Shown one piece after another: positions 1-10,030 of a DNA stretch of 64,000 nucleotides. The stretch lies in the IMG/VR virus record IMGVR_UViG_3300047159_000064. One strand, written 5' to 3'. This stretch comes from a virus. Taxonomy: Duplodnaviria; Heunggongvirae; Uroviricota; Caudoviricetes. Both the position numbers and the translations under genes were made by a program. The notes beneath the pieces are model-generated. The model saw only the letters and a program-made list of their open reading frames with translations. It was not told the DNA's origin and did not search any database. Within the stretch, counting starts at the first letter, position 1. Each line of letters begins with the position of its first letter.

Positions 1-356
1 AAAAACTGGCGTTCTGGCGTAGAATTGTCGCTGGCAGCTCAAGTGTCTACTTTCGTCAGCAGCTGCTTTACGGTCGTGACGTACTCATTGGCTTTGGCTT
101 TGACTATGGCAGGGTCTTCGCTTTCTATTTGGCCTGACAGCACTATGGTTTTGTCCAGCAGCGAATCGATGTTGTCTACGAGCTCAGATTTTTCGTCGGA
201 GCTCGTATTCGCGCTGTCGCTCAAAAACGACAAAAGCTCGCTCGACTGCCTTTGCAGCTGAGCGGCTATGGTAGCATAATCTATCGTCGGATCATCCTCA
301 TTGAGCATGAATCTCTCGCAGAGCGTGAATTTTCTATGCTGTTGCATGTCTGTCAT
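1..356 (-). CDS. Hypothetical protein, partial (runs off the window edge); in-frame TGA at 41-39 read as Trp
   Basis: ATG 356 directly follows the TAA of the upstream gene; the frame stays open past the TGA (KVDT*AASDNSTPERQF) to position 1. Confidence 0.6.
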
Positions 357-357
357 G

Positions 358-867
358 TTAATCGTCTCCATCATTATCGACGAGAAGCGTGTTGGTCTGA
401 TCGCTGAAATCCGTATGCAGGGCAGGTTCGTCGACGTCTTCGTATTCCGGCGCTATTTCGCAGGCTATCGACGCAGGATAAACCATTATCGTCTGCATGC
501 TTATCACCCTGAATACCCTTCCTTCGGCTTGGTCTAAGCCGCTTGGAACGATGAACAGCGCGCCGACCTGCAGCCCAGGCAGGTCATATGGGACGTGAAT
601 TATCGAAGACGTTTCTTGCAGTTCTGCGACCCAGCCCATTTTTTTCAGCGTTTTCTGATCTGGATGTTCCTGGAATATGCAGCCTACAACAACGCCTTTT
701 TTATAGTCGGCGTCTAAATCTCCATGCGAATCGTAAGTAGATTTGCTTAGAGGCTCTTTGTAAATGCAGTTTATGCCGATGAGCTTGGTCATCTGCTTGA
801 AGTATTTTCTGTGCAGCTTTATGTCTTGGTTGTACAATATGCCGTAGTCATTTGGCGAATCTGACAT
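358..867 (-). CDS. Putative neck/head-completion protein (T4 gp14-like)
   Basis: 169 aa ORF in the head module, preceded by the late motif at 948-956; call rests on size, position and weak resemblance. Confidence 0.45.
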   Translation of the reverse strand: MSDSPNDYGILYNQDIKLHRKYFKQMTKLIGINCIYKEPLSKSTYDSHGDLDADYKKGVVVGCIFQEHPDQKTLKKMGWVAELQETSSIIHVPYDLPGLQVGALFIVPSGLDQAEGRVFRVISMQTIMVYPASIACEIAPEYEDVDEPALHTDFSDQTNTLLVDNDGDD

Positions 868-947
868 TTATTTATACCTCCAATCCATCGCAGCTTGTCA
901 TATGAATTGCGCCGGCCCGTTTTTGCAGGTCGGCGCTGTTTAGCAAT

Positions 948-956
948 TAATTTAGC
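948..956 (-). promoter_or_regulatory. Candidate late promoter GCTAAATTA
   Basis: Exact copy, upstream of 867. Confidence 0.6.
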
Positions 957-3900
957 GCTGCTTGCCGGTATCGCCCTTTACGGCGACGCCTTCTATGCAG
1001 TAATCGTAAGACAGGCCGTTGGTCAGCAGCTTGGTGCCGGCCGCGTCTGTTTTGCAGCTGAGCGCGAATTTTCCGTTCTCGCCTAAGCCGTCGTTTGTTC
1101 CGAGAAGCAGAATGCCATCGTCGGCTTTCTTGGCTTCCGTGAACACGTATTTAGTGCCTTTTATCTGGCCTGATTTGAATTTTATTTCGCCGTTTATCGT
1201 AAGCTGCTCATCGAGCAGATCGCAGTCTTTCAGCGTGAATGATTCAACGTTGTCGTAGACGTTCGTCAACGACTCGGTTATGCTTTTCTGCAGCAGCGCT
1301 TCGTCGATGTCCTCTACCTTCGCCAGCTCTTCTTTCACTCCGTCGGCTTTAGGCGCTTCCAGCGCTTCGCCGATTAGGGCTTTCGTGTCGCGCGCGGTTA
1401 GCTTTCCGCTCTCGTACGTCAGCACAGGGGCAGAATCTTTTTTGTCTGCGTGTATCGTCGCTTTGCCTAACGCGCTAACTTCTTTGGCGTAATCTATGGC
1501 TGTCTGAAGCTTCTTTACTTTGCGCCACAGCGCTGTTTTGTCGGATACCTTTATTATCCAGGCTTCGGCTTTGGCCTCAAGCGCCGTTACTTGCTCCGGT
1601 TTAAGCTCGGCTGGCTCTTCAGCCGGCTTCGTCGGCTCGGCGTCCGCCGTCGGCTCTGTCGGTTTTGTAGCCGGCTGAACAGTCGGCGTCGACAGCTCTT
1701 CTTTTGATTTGCTTACGTAGTCGACGGAATTGTCATGTACTATCTTGCCGTTCGCCAGCTCGATAAGCCTGAAGCCCGCGACCATGTCTTTTCCTTCGCC
1801 GCTGATATAGGTGGCTACCGCGACCGGCCCGCTTGTTATCGCTTTGGCGGCTTTTATGGCGTCTAGCAGCTTGTCGTGATCGTATACTTTTCTTTCGCTC
1901 GGCGTCACTACGCACCATTTTCCGTCCCATTTGCCGCTGGCGAGCATCGCGTCTACGCTGATCGTCTCGCCTTGCGGGCGCTTGACGTCTACGGCTTTGT
2001 TGTAAATCAAAGACGGGTCTTCCGATATCTGGCCCTTTTCGTACGAGGTGTACAGTATCTTCTTTCCGCCTTTTATCCCGTAGATGTCGGCCAGGCCTTT
2101 GCCTGGATTCTTAGACCAGGTTACGGCCGCGTTTCTGGCGTCGCTTATTTTGCTGAAATGCGCGCTGTCGGCTTGATGCAGTCTTTTCGGATCGAGGTCC
2201 GATGCTGGTTTATCGAATTCCACTACGTCGAATCCGCCGTCGAATTCGGCGTCCGCGTCTTTGTCCGTCATTGCGTTTTTAATGCCTTGGAACGGGTGCT
2301 TGATGTCGAATTCATTCAGTTTCTCTTCGTTTAGCTTTTTGTCTTCATCATCGTCGTCATCAGCCTCGTCAGACTTTGCGTCTGCTTCATCGTCTTCAGC
2401 TTTATCGCTTTCGATGGGTTGATTAAAAGAATCGAACGGATCGATTTTGCTTATGTCGTCATTATCGCCGCCGTCTTCATGTTCGTCGTCTTTGTCGCTG
2501 TTGTGATGGCTTTCGCCGTGCTCGTCGTCATGTTCATCTTCATCATGCTCATCGTCGTCGTGTTCGTGCTTGTCGCTGTCATGATCTTCTTCGTCATGCT
2601 CATGCTCGCATTCGCCGTTTGCGCAATCGGCTTCGCAGCTGTCGCACTTAGGGGCGCCATCGGCTTGCGCCGCGTCGCCTTCTGTCGCTATGGGCGCTGC
2701 TGCAGCGGTATCTTCCGCCGTCTGTTCGATTGGAGCGGCAGCGGGCTCCGCAGGAGTTTCCGCTGGCGCTACGGCCGCGGCAGGAACCTCGACAGGGGCT
2801 ATGTCTGCCGTCGCTGCGGGGAGAGGATCTGCTGCCGGCGTCGCAGAGGCGCTTTCCGCAGGCTGCTCTCCGTCTTTCGGCGTAGTGGTCTCTACCGATA
2901 CGACAGGCGCTTTGCCGTCTTTCATGTCGATTTGGACCGTCACTTGCTTGCCCTCGTTAAGCGATTTGTTGTTCGAGGCGTTGGCCGAATCGGCCTTCGC
3001 TTTGTTTTCTGTCTTATTGAGGCTTTCGTTTGCATAGTTGTCGAGCTCGCTGTCGTCGATGCCGTCGTATTCATGGCCTTTTCTTACCATCGTGAAATGA
3101 TCTATCGGCGTTTCTTTGCCTTTGCTGTCGAGCTTAGATACGTAGACGATTATGACTTTCTCGTTTTTGTCCAGCAGGTCGTTTTCGACGGCCTTTAGAT
3201 CGCCGACTTTACCTGTTTTGTCGTCATAGGTCCGCTTGGTGACTTCTGCGCCGGTCGCGTCTGTGCCGTAGATGACGTATTTATCGCCTTTTGACTCGAG
3301 CATTTCTTCGCTTTCGTTAAGCGATTTGTTCTCTGAACCGTTCTTAGAGTCATTCTCTGATTTCGCGGCCGAGGCGTTAAGAGATTCTTTCTTTTCTTTG
3401 TCTTCGCCTTCGGCGTCGGCGGCCGGCGTGAGGTCAAGCTCATCGGCTGCTTTGCCGTCGTCTGCCGGCTTCTCTTCTTTCGTCTCTGGCTCAGTCGCAG
3501 CAGCATCATCCGCCGGCTTTTCTTCGTCTGCCGGCTTTTCCGCGCCTTCGTCTTTAGGCTCGTCGAAGCTTAGATCGAGCTCATTGTCGTCTTTGTCTCC
3601 GCTCTCTTCGGCGGCGACGTATTTGTCTTTCTCTTCTTCGGATACGGAATCTACCTTGCCGACGACCGTATAGCCGGATGCGTTGCCGCAATGTTGGCAT
3701 ACTTCGTTGACGTTGACTACCGTATCGTCGTCTTCAGACGGCTCGATGTCCTCAGGCTTTTTATAGAAAAGCGTCATGCACTGCGGGCATTGGATTATGA
3801 CTTTTCCGACGTAAGAAGGCTGCAGATCCTCAGGCGTTTCTGCGTCCAGGTCCACGATCTTCTCGATTCTGGCCAATTTGGCTTTGGCGACTTCTTCTTG

Positions 3901-4113
3901 TCTGTCGTCTTTGGCTTTTTCAAGGTCTTTCTGATCGCCTACGTTGTAGTAGTCCTCAACGAGCTCGTCAGTTTTGAGCTTGTCTGACTTGAACGCCTCT
4001 TGCATGTCGTCGACGTTAGGTCTTATGCCGCCTTCTGCTTTCGGCGTTTCGATGTCGTCCAGCGCCTTGAATGCGGCGTCAAGATCGAACTTTGTTACTG
4101 GTTCTTTATTCAT
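952..4113 (-). CDS. Large acidic low-complexity protein with CxxC..CxxC zinc ribbon and His/Asp-rich tract; putative internal head protein
   Basis: 1053 aa; CPQC...CQHC; CDSCEADCANGEC followed by EHEHDEEDHD...; many LxE(S/A) motifs. Confidence 0.7.
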   Translation of the reverse strand: MNKEPVTKFDLDAAFKALDDIETPKAEGGIRPNVDDMQEAFKSDKLKTDELVEDYYNVGDQKDLEKAKDDRQEEVAKAKLARIEKIVDLDAETPEDLQPSYVGKVIIQCPQCMTLFYKKPEDIEPSEDDDTVVNVNEVCQHCGNASGYTVVGKVDSVSEEEKDKYVAAEESGDKDDNELDLSFDEPKDEGAEKPADEEKPADDAAATEPETKEEKPADDGKAADELDLTPAADAEGEDKEKKESLNASAAKSENDSKNGSENKSLNESEEMLESKGDKYVIYGTDATGAEVTKRTYDDKTGKVGDLKAVENDLLDKNEKVIIVYVSKLDSKGKETPIDHFTMVRKGHEYDGIDDSELDNYANESLNKTENKAKADSANASNNKSLNEGKQVTVQIDMKDGKAPVVSVETTTPKDGEQPAESASATPAADPLPAATADIAPVEVPAAAVAPAETPAEPAAAPIEQTAEDTAAAAPIATEGDAAQADGAPKCDSCEADCANGECEHEHDEEDHDSDKHEHDDDEHDEDEHDDEHGESHHNSDKDDEHEDGGDNDDISKIDPFDSFNQPIESDKAEDDEADAKSDEADDDDDEDKKLNEEKLNEFDIKHPFQGIKNAMTDKDADAEFDGGFDVVEFDKPASDLDPKRLHQADSAHFSKISDARNAAVTWSKNPGKGLADIYGIKGGKKILYTSYEKGQISEDPSLIYNKAVDVKRPQGETISVDAMLASGKWDGKWCVVTPSERKVYDHDKLLDAIKAAKAITSGPVAVATYISGEGKDMVAGFRLIELANGKIVHDNSVDYVSKSKEELSTPTVQPATKPTEPTADAEPTKPAEEPAELKPEQVTALEAKAEAWIIKVSDKTALWRKVKKLQTAIDYAKEVSALGKATIHADKKDSAPVLTYESGKLTARDTKALIGEALEAPKADGVKEELAKVEDIDEALLQKSITESLTNVYDNVESFTLKDCDLLDEQLTINGEIKFKSGQIKGTKYVFTEAKKADDGILLLGTNDGLGENGKFALSCKTDAAGTKLLTNGLSYDYCIEGVAVKGDTGKQR

Positions 4114-4147
4114 TTTGTTTTCTCCTTGAAATTTTTTTCAATTTCTG

Positions 4148-4891
4148 TTAGTCTACGCAGTAGATCAGATTAGAATTAGCTCTCAGCACGTCTTCCAGGT
4201 CTTTGAGTTCCGTGGTTCCTTCTTCAAGCAGTTTGTCTCCGTCTTGCGCCCACAGCGCGCCAGATTGGACGAATCGCGTTCTTATTCTGCCAAGCGTTAT
4301 CTTAGTCAGCGCTTTGCTCATTTTTATCAGGACGTCGATTCAGTAATCGCTTTGTATGTCTTCTACCGATTTAAGTTTCGGTATGTACTTTATCGTTATG
4401 TATCCAGGCGACGTCATCGCGCTGTTTATGTACAGCTTTTTGTTGTGCCTGTCTTCTTCGAACGCCAGGTCCGTAGACAAGGTGTTCCTTATTTTTGACA
4501 GCGTCAGCCATGAGGCGTAATTCATCACGTAGTCGTTCAGATTGTACATCGTTCCGCCGTTGCTGAACATCATCCATTGCTGAGTGTAGAGGGGATCGGA
4601 CATGACGCTCGTCGTTCCGTTCGTCGTTTCGCCGACGCCGGCCGTTCTGTATATCTTGACGATCGAGCTCACGTTTTCGTCGAAGACGTTTTTTCCGTCT
4701 TTGTCTTTGGCCGAAAGATCTATGCAGGACGCGAACGGAATGGTCACCATCGTCGTTTCGTCCCAGAACCTATTTAGCTCTCTGAGAGCCCTGTTGACGA
4801 TTTGCACTATCGTTGAATCATCAATTTCGAGCTCAAGCACTTCCCCAGTTAGTTCGAGTTTTACCTCGTTAACTACTTCTTGCATTTTCAT
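4148..4891 (-). CDS. Putative neck protein (T4 gp13-like); TGA at 4342-4340 read as Trp
   Basis: Frame continues IQSDY*IDVLIKMSKALTKITLGRIRTRF...ALWAQDGDKLLEEG to TAA at 4150-4148; 247 aa. Confidence 0.65.
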
Positions 4892-4928
4892 TTACGTGGG
4901 GCGCCTCCTCTTTAGCTGCTTTATCATA

Positions 4929-4937
4929 TAATTTAGC
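4929..4937 (-). promoter_or_regulatory. Candidate late promoter GCTAAATTA
   Basis: Exact copy, upstream of 4891. Confidence 0.65.
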
Positions 4938-4984
4938 TAATAAACTCAGCATAAAAGCCTTTGGCGGCCTTATTCGCCGTAAAT

Positions 4985-5014
4985 AAAAACGCACCTGCGT
5001 AGCAGGTCGCGTTT
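4985..5014 (-). terminator. Probable intrinsic terminator
   Basis: Imperfect hairpin aaacgc-acctgc/gcaggt-c-gcgttt with a T-run on the minus strand, just after the nuclease stop. Confidence 0.5.
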
Positions 5015-5021
5015 GAAGGCT

Positions 5022-5891
5022 TTACTCGTCTTTGTCCGTGCTTCAGTGCTGCCAGGACGGCGTTAGGCCGAACAGCAGCGAATACGGCAGCGCAGGCCAA
5101 TCTTTTTTATCTGATATTTTGCCGCAGTTGGTCTTTATGAGATTCAAGTCTATCTGAGTTGTGTGGCGGTCGTTCCATACGGCGCTGTCTGGCGAATCAA
5201 GCTTTATTTCGAACAGCGTTGACGGATGTTCTTCTTTGGTGATGAATATCGCGGTCTCTGCACCGTGGAAAGCGTTTCTTTTCTGCCTGTCGAAATCCTC
5301 TCTGAGGTCGGTCAGATACATCTCGATGGAGTTTCTGTCTTTGCATAGCTTGGCTTCTATCCTGCTCCCATCTGGCGCCGTAAAATCAGGCTGGCAGTCT
5401 TGCTCAGTCGCCATGCCGGAATGAAGGGTGTTATGCGAATTCTCGTCTAGTTTCAAGCCATATTTTTCCGCTACGGCGTATTCCATCCGCTTGGTGTTTA
5501 TGAATTGGACCAGACGCGTGAGCCATGTGGCGTATATGCTGCTGAATGGATCGACGCCTTTTTTGATGTACATACCGTCGATTATCTTGCAGACGCTGCC
5601 GAAATTGTCGAACCACCATTCGCTGTTGTGGAAATTCTCTTCTATCTCTGATATTTTTATGCTTGTCCGACTGCAATCCAGCTTAGACAGAATGTTCGTG
5701 CGCAGCCATTTGTCGTCTCTGACGAACTTGCTGTTTTTGTCGGCTTTAGCTTTGTTGTACTCAGGCGAGTGTCAGCCCTTCCAGCTGCTGTTGGTCCAGT
5801 TTTTGTGGATGTTCTCCTTCGAGAAGAAATCGGAGTTGTCTGTCTGAGCGGTGTGCTCAGGGGCGCTGTCGTCGTTGATGCAAAAATACAT
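5022..5891 (-). CDS. PD-(D/E)xK-type nuclease, possibly a free-standing homing endonuclease; two TGA=Trp (5774-5772, 5045-5043)
   Basis: QPDFTAPDGSRIEAK motif; ATG 5891 with SD GAAAGGA; 289 aa only if TGA is read through. Confidence 0.55.
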
Positions 5892-6016
5892 TAAATTGTC
5901 CTTTCGGGAATTCGTATCTTAATCGTAGTTCCAGCGAGCAATAAAAAAGCGTCGTCTTTTCTTTTTAGCGCTGCTTTAACTCTCATGGATATACAATATA
6001 ATACGACTTCAACATC

Positions 6017-6025
6017 TAATTTAGC
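6017..6025 (-). promoter_or_regulatory. Candidate late promoter GCTAAATTA
   Basis: Exact copy, upstream of 5891. Confidence 0.6.
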
Positions 6026-6101
6026 TGATGTATGCTTGCTGATCGCTGAAATGACCAGCGCCTATCTATTAAATACGATGAAAAATATTTATGCGCGGCG
6101 T

Positions 6102-6132
6102 AAAAAAAGAACCTCATTTCTGAGGTTCTTTT
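6102..6132 (-). terminator. Intrinsic terminator after the major capsid gene
   Basis: agaacctca-tttc-tgaggttct hairpin flanked by A/T runs. Confidence 0.75.
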
Positions 6133-6154
6133 GATTCGTCTTGGAGACTAGCGA

Positions 6155-7513
6155 CTAGGCGCCAGCTTTTGTCGTGACAGCGTCAAGGGGCTCTGTGACG
6201 ATCTTGCCGGCGACAAGGAGGTTCTTGTTGAGCAATGCTTTCGCATACCAAGTCGAGAATCCTTGTGCGAGGCCGCCGTCCGGGGTGCCAAGCAGCTGTG
6301 TCGGAACGATCGCCATGTACGGTGCGTAAACACCGGCAGAGCTCATCATATCCGAGCCGTTGAGACCGAAGAAGAAGTTGCCATCTTCGAGCTCAGGCGA
6401 GACGTAGATGCTGAGAGAATCGAGTTCGCCGACCTTGTAAGGTCCGTTCATCTTAGGAGATTTGACTCCGACGTAGCCGTTCACGAAGCGAAGGACCGGC
6501 AGAACGTCAGCTGCGATGACCATGTAGTTCGGCTGGAACTTCTTGGTTCTCTTGTAGATTATCGCGCGGGCAGCTTCGATGACTTCGAGGAAGCCATTGT
6601 AGTGCTCGAACTTGCTTACGCCGAGAGGCAGCGTTTTGTTCCAGACGAGCGAGGCATCAGCTTTGCCAGCGCCCTCTGCGAGCATGTTGACGATTTCAGT
6701 ATCGATTTCGTAAGCGAGCTCTCCGCAAGCCTGCTCAGCGATTTGCTTATCAAGCGAGAAGCCGTAGTCGGTCTTCGCCTGGAAAGCGGTGATCTGATCG
6801 TAACGGACGGCGATTCTGCGAGGCTCCGCGACAAGCGCGATGTGCTCCATCTTCGGTCCGATGGTCGGAATGTCTTCCGCCGGAACGCGTTCCATCTGGA
6901 ATTCGTTGCTGAAGTAAACGATCTTAGAACCAGCCGGGATCTTTACAGCGACGCCAGTGGCATCACCATAAGTGACTGTGCCGTCTTTTGCGACGAGCTT
7001 GTAGTCATGGGCTGCGCCTGCATCGTCTGCGAAGGCGCCGGTCTTGATGGCATTAAGTGCGGTATTGGCTTCTGCGGCAGTCGAGTTGGTTTCGACAATC
7101 GCCTGCGAAGAGAATGCGGTTCTCGCTGCGCCGCTGACGCCAAGACCGAAGACGCTGTTGAATTCGTCGCCTTTCTTGATGTCGCCTTTGTCTGTCTTAG
7201 AAACGTACTTCAGGTACGCTACAGAGCCAGAGTAGCTTGTCATCGGGTGTACGATGACCAAATCGTTGGCGATGAGTGACGGAACAGCGATATTGGTGAG
7301 GTTCAAGCAGAACTTCTTCCAATCGCCGAGGTCTGATCTCTCAGTGGCCGTGGTGTTGAGGGCCTCTGTCATCCAACGATTTGTGTTATCGAGTAAGACA
7401 GCGGTTGTTAGTTTGGTGTTTGCAGAAACTGTTCTGCCGTCAAAGTTCTTGGCGACATAGGCTTCGGCAACTTTTAATTGGCGATCATAGGTCTCCAGTA
7501 AATTTTGTCTCAT
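6155..7513 (-). CDS. Major capsid protein, T4 gp23-like
   Basis: IAVPSLIANDLVIVHPM, AEPRRIAVRYDQITAFQAKTDYG, ELAYEIDTEI, GVYAPYMAI are gp23-family-like; likely start ATG 7513 (MRQNLLE). Confidence 0.9.
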   Translation of the reverse strand: MRQNLLETYDRQLKVAEAYVAKNFDGRTVSANTKLTTAVLLDNTNRWMTEALNTTATERSDLGDWKKFCLNLTNIAVPSLIANDLVIVHPMTSYSGSVAYLKYVSKTDKGDIKKGDEFNSVFGLGVSGAARTAFSSQAIVETNSTAAEANTALNAIKTGAFADDAGAAHDYKLVAKDGTVTYGDATGVAVKIPAGSKIVYFSNEFQMERVPAEDIPTIGPKMEHIALVAEPRRIAVRYDQITAFQAKTDYGFSLDKQIAEQACGELAYEIDTEIVNMLAEGAGKADASLVWNKTLPLGVSKFEHYNGFLEVIEAARAIIYKRTKKFQPNYMVIAADVLPVLRFVNGYVGVKSPKMNGPYKVGELDSLSIYVSPELEDGNFFFGLNGSDMMSSAGVYAPYMAIVPTQLLGTPDGGLAQGFSTWYAKALLNKNLLVAGKIVTEPLDAVTTKAGA

Positions 7514-7526
7514 AGTTTTTTCCTTT

Positions 7527-9764
7527 TTAAATGTTGTTTTTGTCAATTCCGGCTAGCTCGAAGAGCGAATCATCAGGCTCGTATCCGTCATCTGGATCTT
7601 TGGTTGCGGCTTTTGGCTCAACCGCTTCTTTGATGGCGACCTTCGTCTGAGATCTGTCAATCCCGAATGGCAATCTGTTAATGTTGACAGCTTTGTCTAA
7701 TAAGTCATCGCATACCGAATCGATATCGTCCATGGTGTAGTTCTCATTAAGCCTACTCGTTATTTCGGCAGAACGTACGCCTAGCATGGATGCCTTAGAT
7801 GCGATATATTTCTCAAGCATCGCGTCGGCTTTCGCCTTGTAGCGTTTCGCGAGCGTAGTGCGCTCGATTACTCTCTGCTTTGCTTGCTCCAACTGTTCCT
7901 GAAGCGTCTTCGTCTTGGTTTCCGAATCAGCCTGCATCGAGGCTAATTGTTCAGTCAAGCTCTTGACTTTAGTTTCGTTGGTGTGCGCGCTCTCAGTCAG
8001 ACTGGTGGCTGCAGCGGCCTGTTCTTTCAACTGCGTTATCGTCGCGTCTCTTTGCTTAAGCTGCTCTGACAGAGATTTAGCGTCTTTGTCCGATTGCGCG
8101 GCCTTAGCTGCCAATTCGCTCACTCTAGCGAAAGCGGTCTTATACTTATCTAAGCTCTCTTTTAACCCCTTAACCTCGGCATCGCCAACTGTCTGCTTGT
8201 TTTTGAGTGCTTTGACCTCTTTGTCCAGCGCGTCTTTCTGACGGATAGCTTCTTTAAGGCTTTCGATCGCGACGTCGTCTCCGCCATCGGCGGCTTCCTC
8301 TGCGCTCTCTGCTTCCTTGCTTTCGGCTGTCTTGCCAGTAGAATCGGCTACGGCGTCCGCCTTATCGGCTTCTGCCGTCGTATTTTCACTGCCCTCCGTA
8401 GGAGCGCAGCTGATACCAATTATCAACTTCCCGTCTTCGTCACCGTCGAGCTTTAGCTCAGCGGCGTATTCTTTTCCGTCTACGATCACATGGCCGATTT
8501 CTAGCGCGCGATCTTTGTAATCTGACAGCGCTTTGACCAGGTCGTCTACTTTCTCGAGAGGAGCGGCTTCTGTGTCAGTCGCTGCGGGTTTTTCCTCTTC
8601 TTCGTGCTTTTCGTCTTCTTTATGCTCTTCCTTCTCGGCTTCTTCGGGCTTGTCGCCTTCTTTGGCTTCGTCGGAATCGTCTTCTTTTTCGTCGTCTTCG
8701 TCTTCGCCCTTGGCTTCCGTCAGCTCGTCTCCGAGCTGCGATTCAGGGATCATCGACACGTCTTTCGGCGTGCCGCCTGGCAGCTTGGCGCCGGCTTTGG
8801 CGTCTTTGGCGGCTTCCGTTATCGGAGCCGCGGCCGGAGCGGCTGCCTGAGCAGCGGCAGGTTTGGCTGTCGCATCAGGCTTGTTTTCGCATTCGGTCAT
8901 CGTTTTGTCGCAGGCGGCTTTGTCTGCCGTCGGCTTGACGTCTTCTTGCAGCGCCGCTATCAGGCCTTTGACGTCTTTCGAGTCAAGGCTGTGCTGCTTC
9001 TGAAAGTCATTGAGATCGGCGATTGTCACCTTCGTGGCGTCTTTGTTGAGCTTCTTGCCTAACAGGCTCGTTATGGTGGCCAGCTCGTCTTGCGTGGCTT
9101 CGGTCAGAGTCAGCGGCTTATCGGCCGCTTCGTCTAGCTTTATGTCTAGGTTGTTAAGTGCTTCTTTCATTATCTCTTTGTCTTTTTCGTTAGAGCTGTT
9201 GTATGATTCTGTCAAGGCTTGCTTAAGCTTCAGATCTTCCGTGTCGAGCGATTCGCAGACTTTTAGTCTTGCTTTCTTGACGGCCGGAAGCTGGACGATG
9301 TCCCAGGTTTCCAGGAAGAACGTCTCAGGATCGACTTCGTCGTTGTCCATGACGTCTCCGGAGCCGCGCGAGCTTATGCCAGGCACGAATCCGTAATCGC
9401 ACAGCGTCTTCAGCAATCTTCCGTTGTTTGTGTCGAGGATGTCGACATAGGCATAAAGGTCTCCGTCGACGATCTTAGGCATTTCAGGTATGCAGGCGCA
9501 TACTTTCTCCATGTCGGTCTCTTCTCGATCGGCAGGATGCCCTAATTCCAGGAATAGGCTTTTGTTGGCCAGCTTCTCTTTGAAGATGTCGTCGGTCAGC
9601 GCTTTTTCCCAAAGGTCTTTGTTGTACAGTCTTCCGTTCCTGGTGCCCTCTTTGCAAGTGGCGATAGGTCCGTAAAGTCTGCCGAGAATATGTCTTGCCG
9701 CTTTTTCTTCTTCGGACAGCGGTTGCATTTTCAATGCTTCTAATATTTGCTTTGTTTTGTCCAT
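7527..9764 (-). CDS. Prohead core protease (T4 gp21-like) fused to an acidic/coiled-coil scaffold-like region
   Basis: NGRLY, LELGHP, GISSRGSG, WDIVQLPA protease motifs in the N-terminal ~170 aa; directly upstream of the MCP. Confidence 0.85.
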   Translation of the reverse strand: MDKTKQILEALKMQPLSEEEKAARHILGRLYGPIATCKEGTRNGRLYNKDLWEKALTDDIFKEKLANKSLFLELGHPADREETDMEKVCACIPEMPKIVDGDLYAYVDILDTNNGRLLKTLCDYGFVPGISSRGSGDVMDNDEVDPETFFLETWDIVQLPAVKKARLKVCESLDTEDLKLKQALTESYNSSNEKDKEIMKEALNNLDIKLDEAADKPLTLTEATQDELATITSLLGKKLNKDATKVTIADLNDFQKQHSLDSKDVKGLIAALQEDVKPTADKAACDKTMTECENKPDATAKPAAAQAAAPAAAPITEAAKDAKAGAKLPGGTPKDVSMIPESQLGDELTEAKGEDEDDEKEDDSDEAKEGDKPEEAEKEEHKEDEKHEEEEKPAATDTEAAPLEKVDDLVKALSDYKDRALEIGHVIVDGKEYAAELKLDGDEDGKLIIGISCAPTEGSENTTAEADKADAVADSTGKTAESKEAESAEEAADGGDDVAIESLKEAIRQKDALDKEVKALKNKQTVGDAEVKGLKESLDKYKTAFARVSELAAKAAQSDKDAKSLSEQLKQRDATITQLKEQAAAATSLTESAHTNETKVKSLTEQLASMQADSETKTKTLQEQLEQAKQRVIERTTLAKRYKAKADAMLEKYIASKASMLGVRSAEITSRLNENYTMDDIDSVCDDLLDKAVNINRLPFGIDRSQTKVAIKEAVEPKAATKDPDDGYEPDDSLFELAGIDKNNI

Positions 9765-9826
9765 ATTCTCCCTCGTTGCGGCCGCCAGGTGATAGACAAG
9801 ATTAGATGCTTCTAAATTTGTCTATT

Positions 9827-9835
9827 TAATTTAGC
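9827..9835 (-). promoter_or_regulatory. Candidate late promoter GCTAAATTA
   Basis: Exact copy, upstream of the protease-MCP operon. Confidence 0.65.
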
Positions 9836-9942
9836 GAATGTAAGTCGATGATTTTTTCGAAAACTTAATAATTTAATAAGTCATTAAAAATATCGGCTTG
9901 CGGCGATCTGTTTCGTCTCCGCAGATTTGCTTCCAAATCAAC

Positions 9943-9951
9943 TAATTTAGC
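9943..9951 (-). promoter_or_regulatory. Candidate late promoter GCTAAATTA
   Basis: Second exact copy in the same intergenic region. Confidence 0.6.
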
Positions 9952-10030
9952 TAATAATCCAGATTTATAAAACAAAAAGGCCGGCGTAATCGCCAAGCCC
10001 TTTTATAGTCTATATCAATATATGTTTTAA

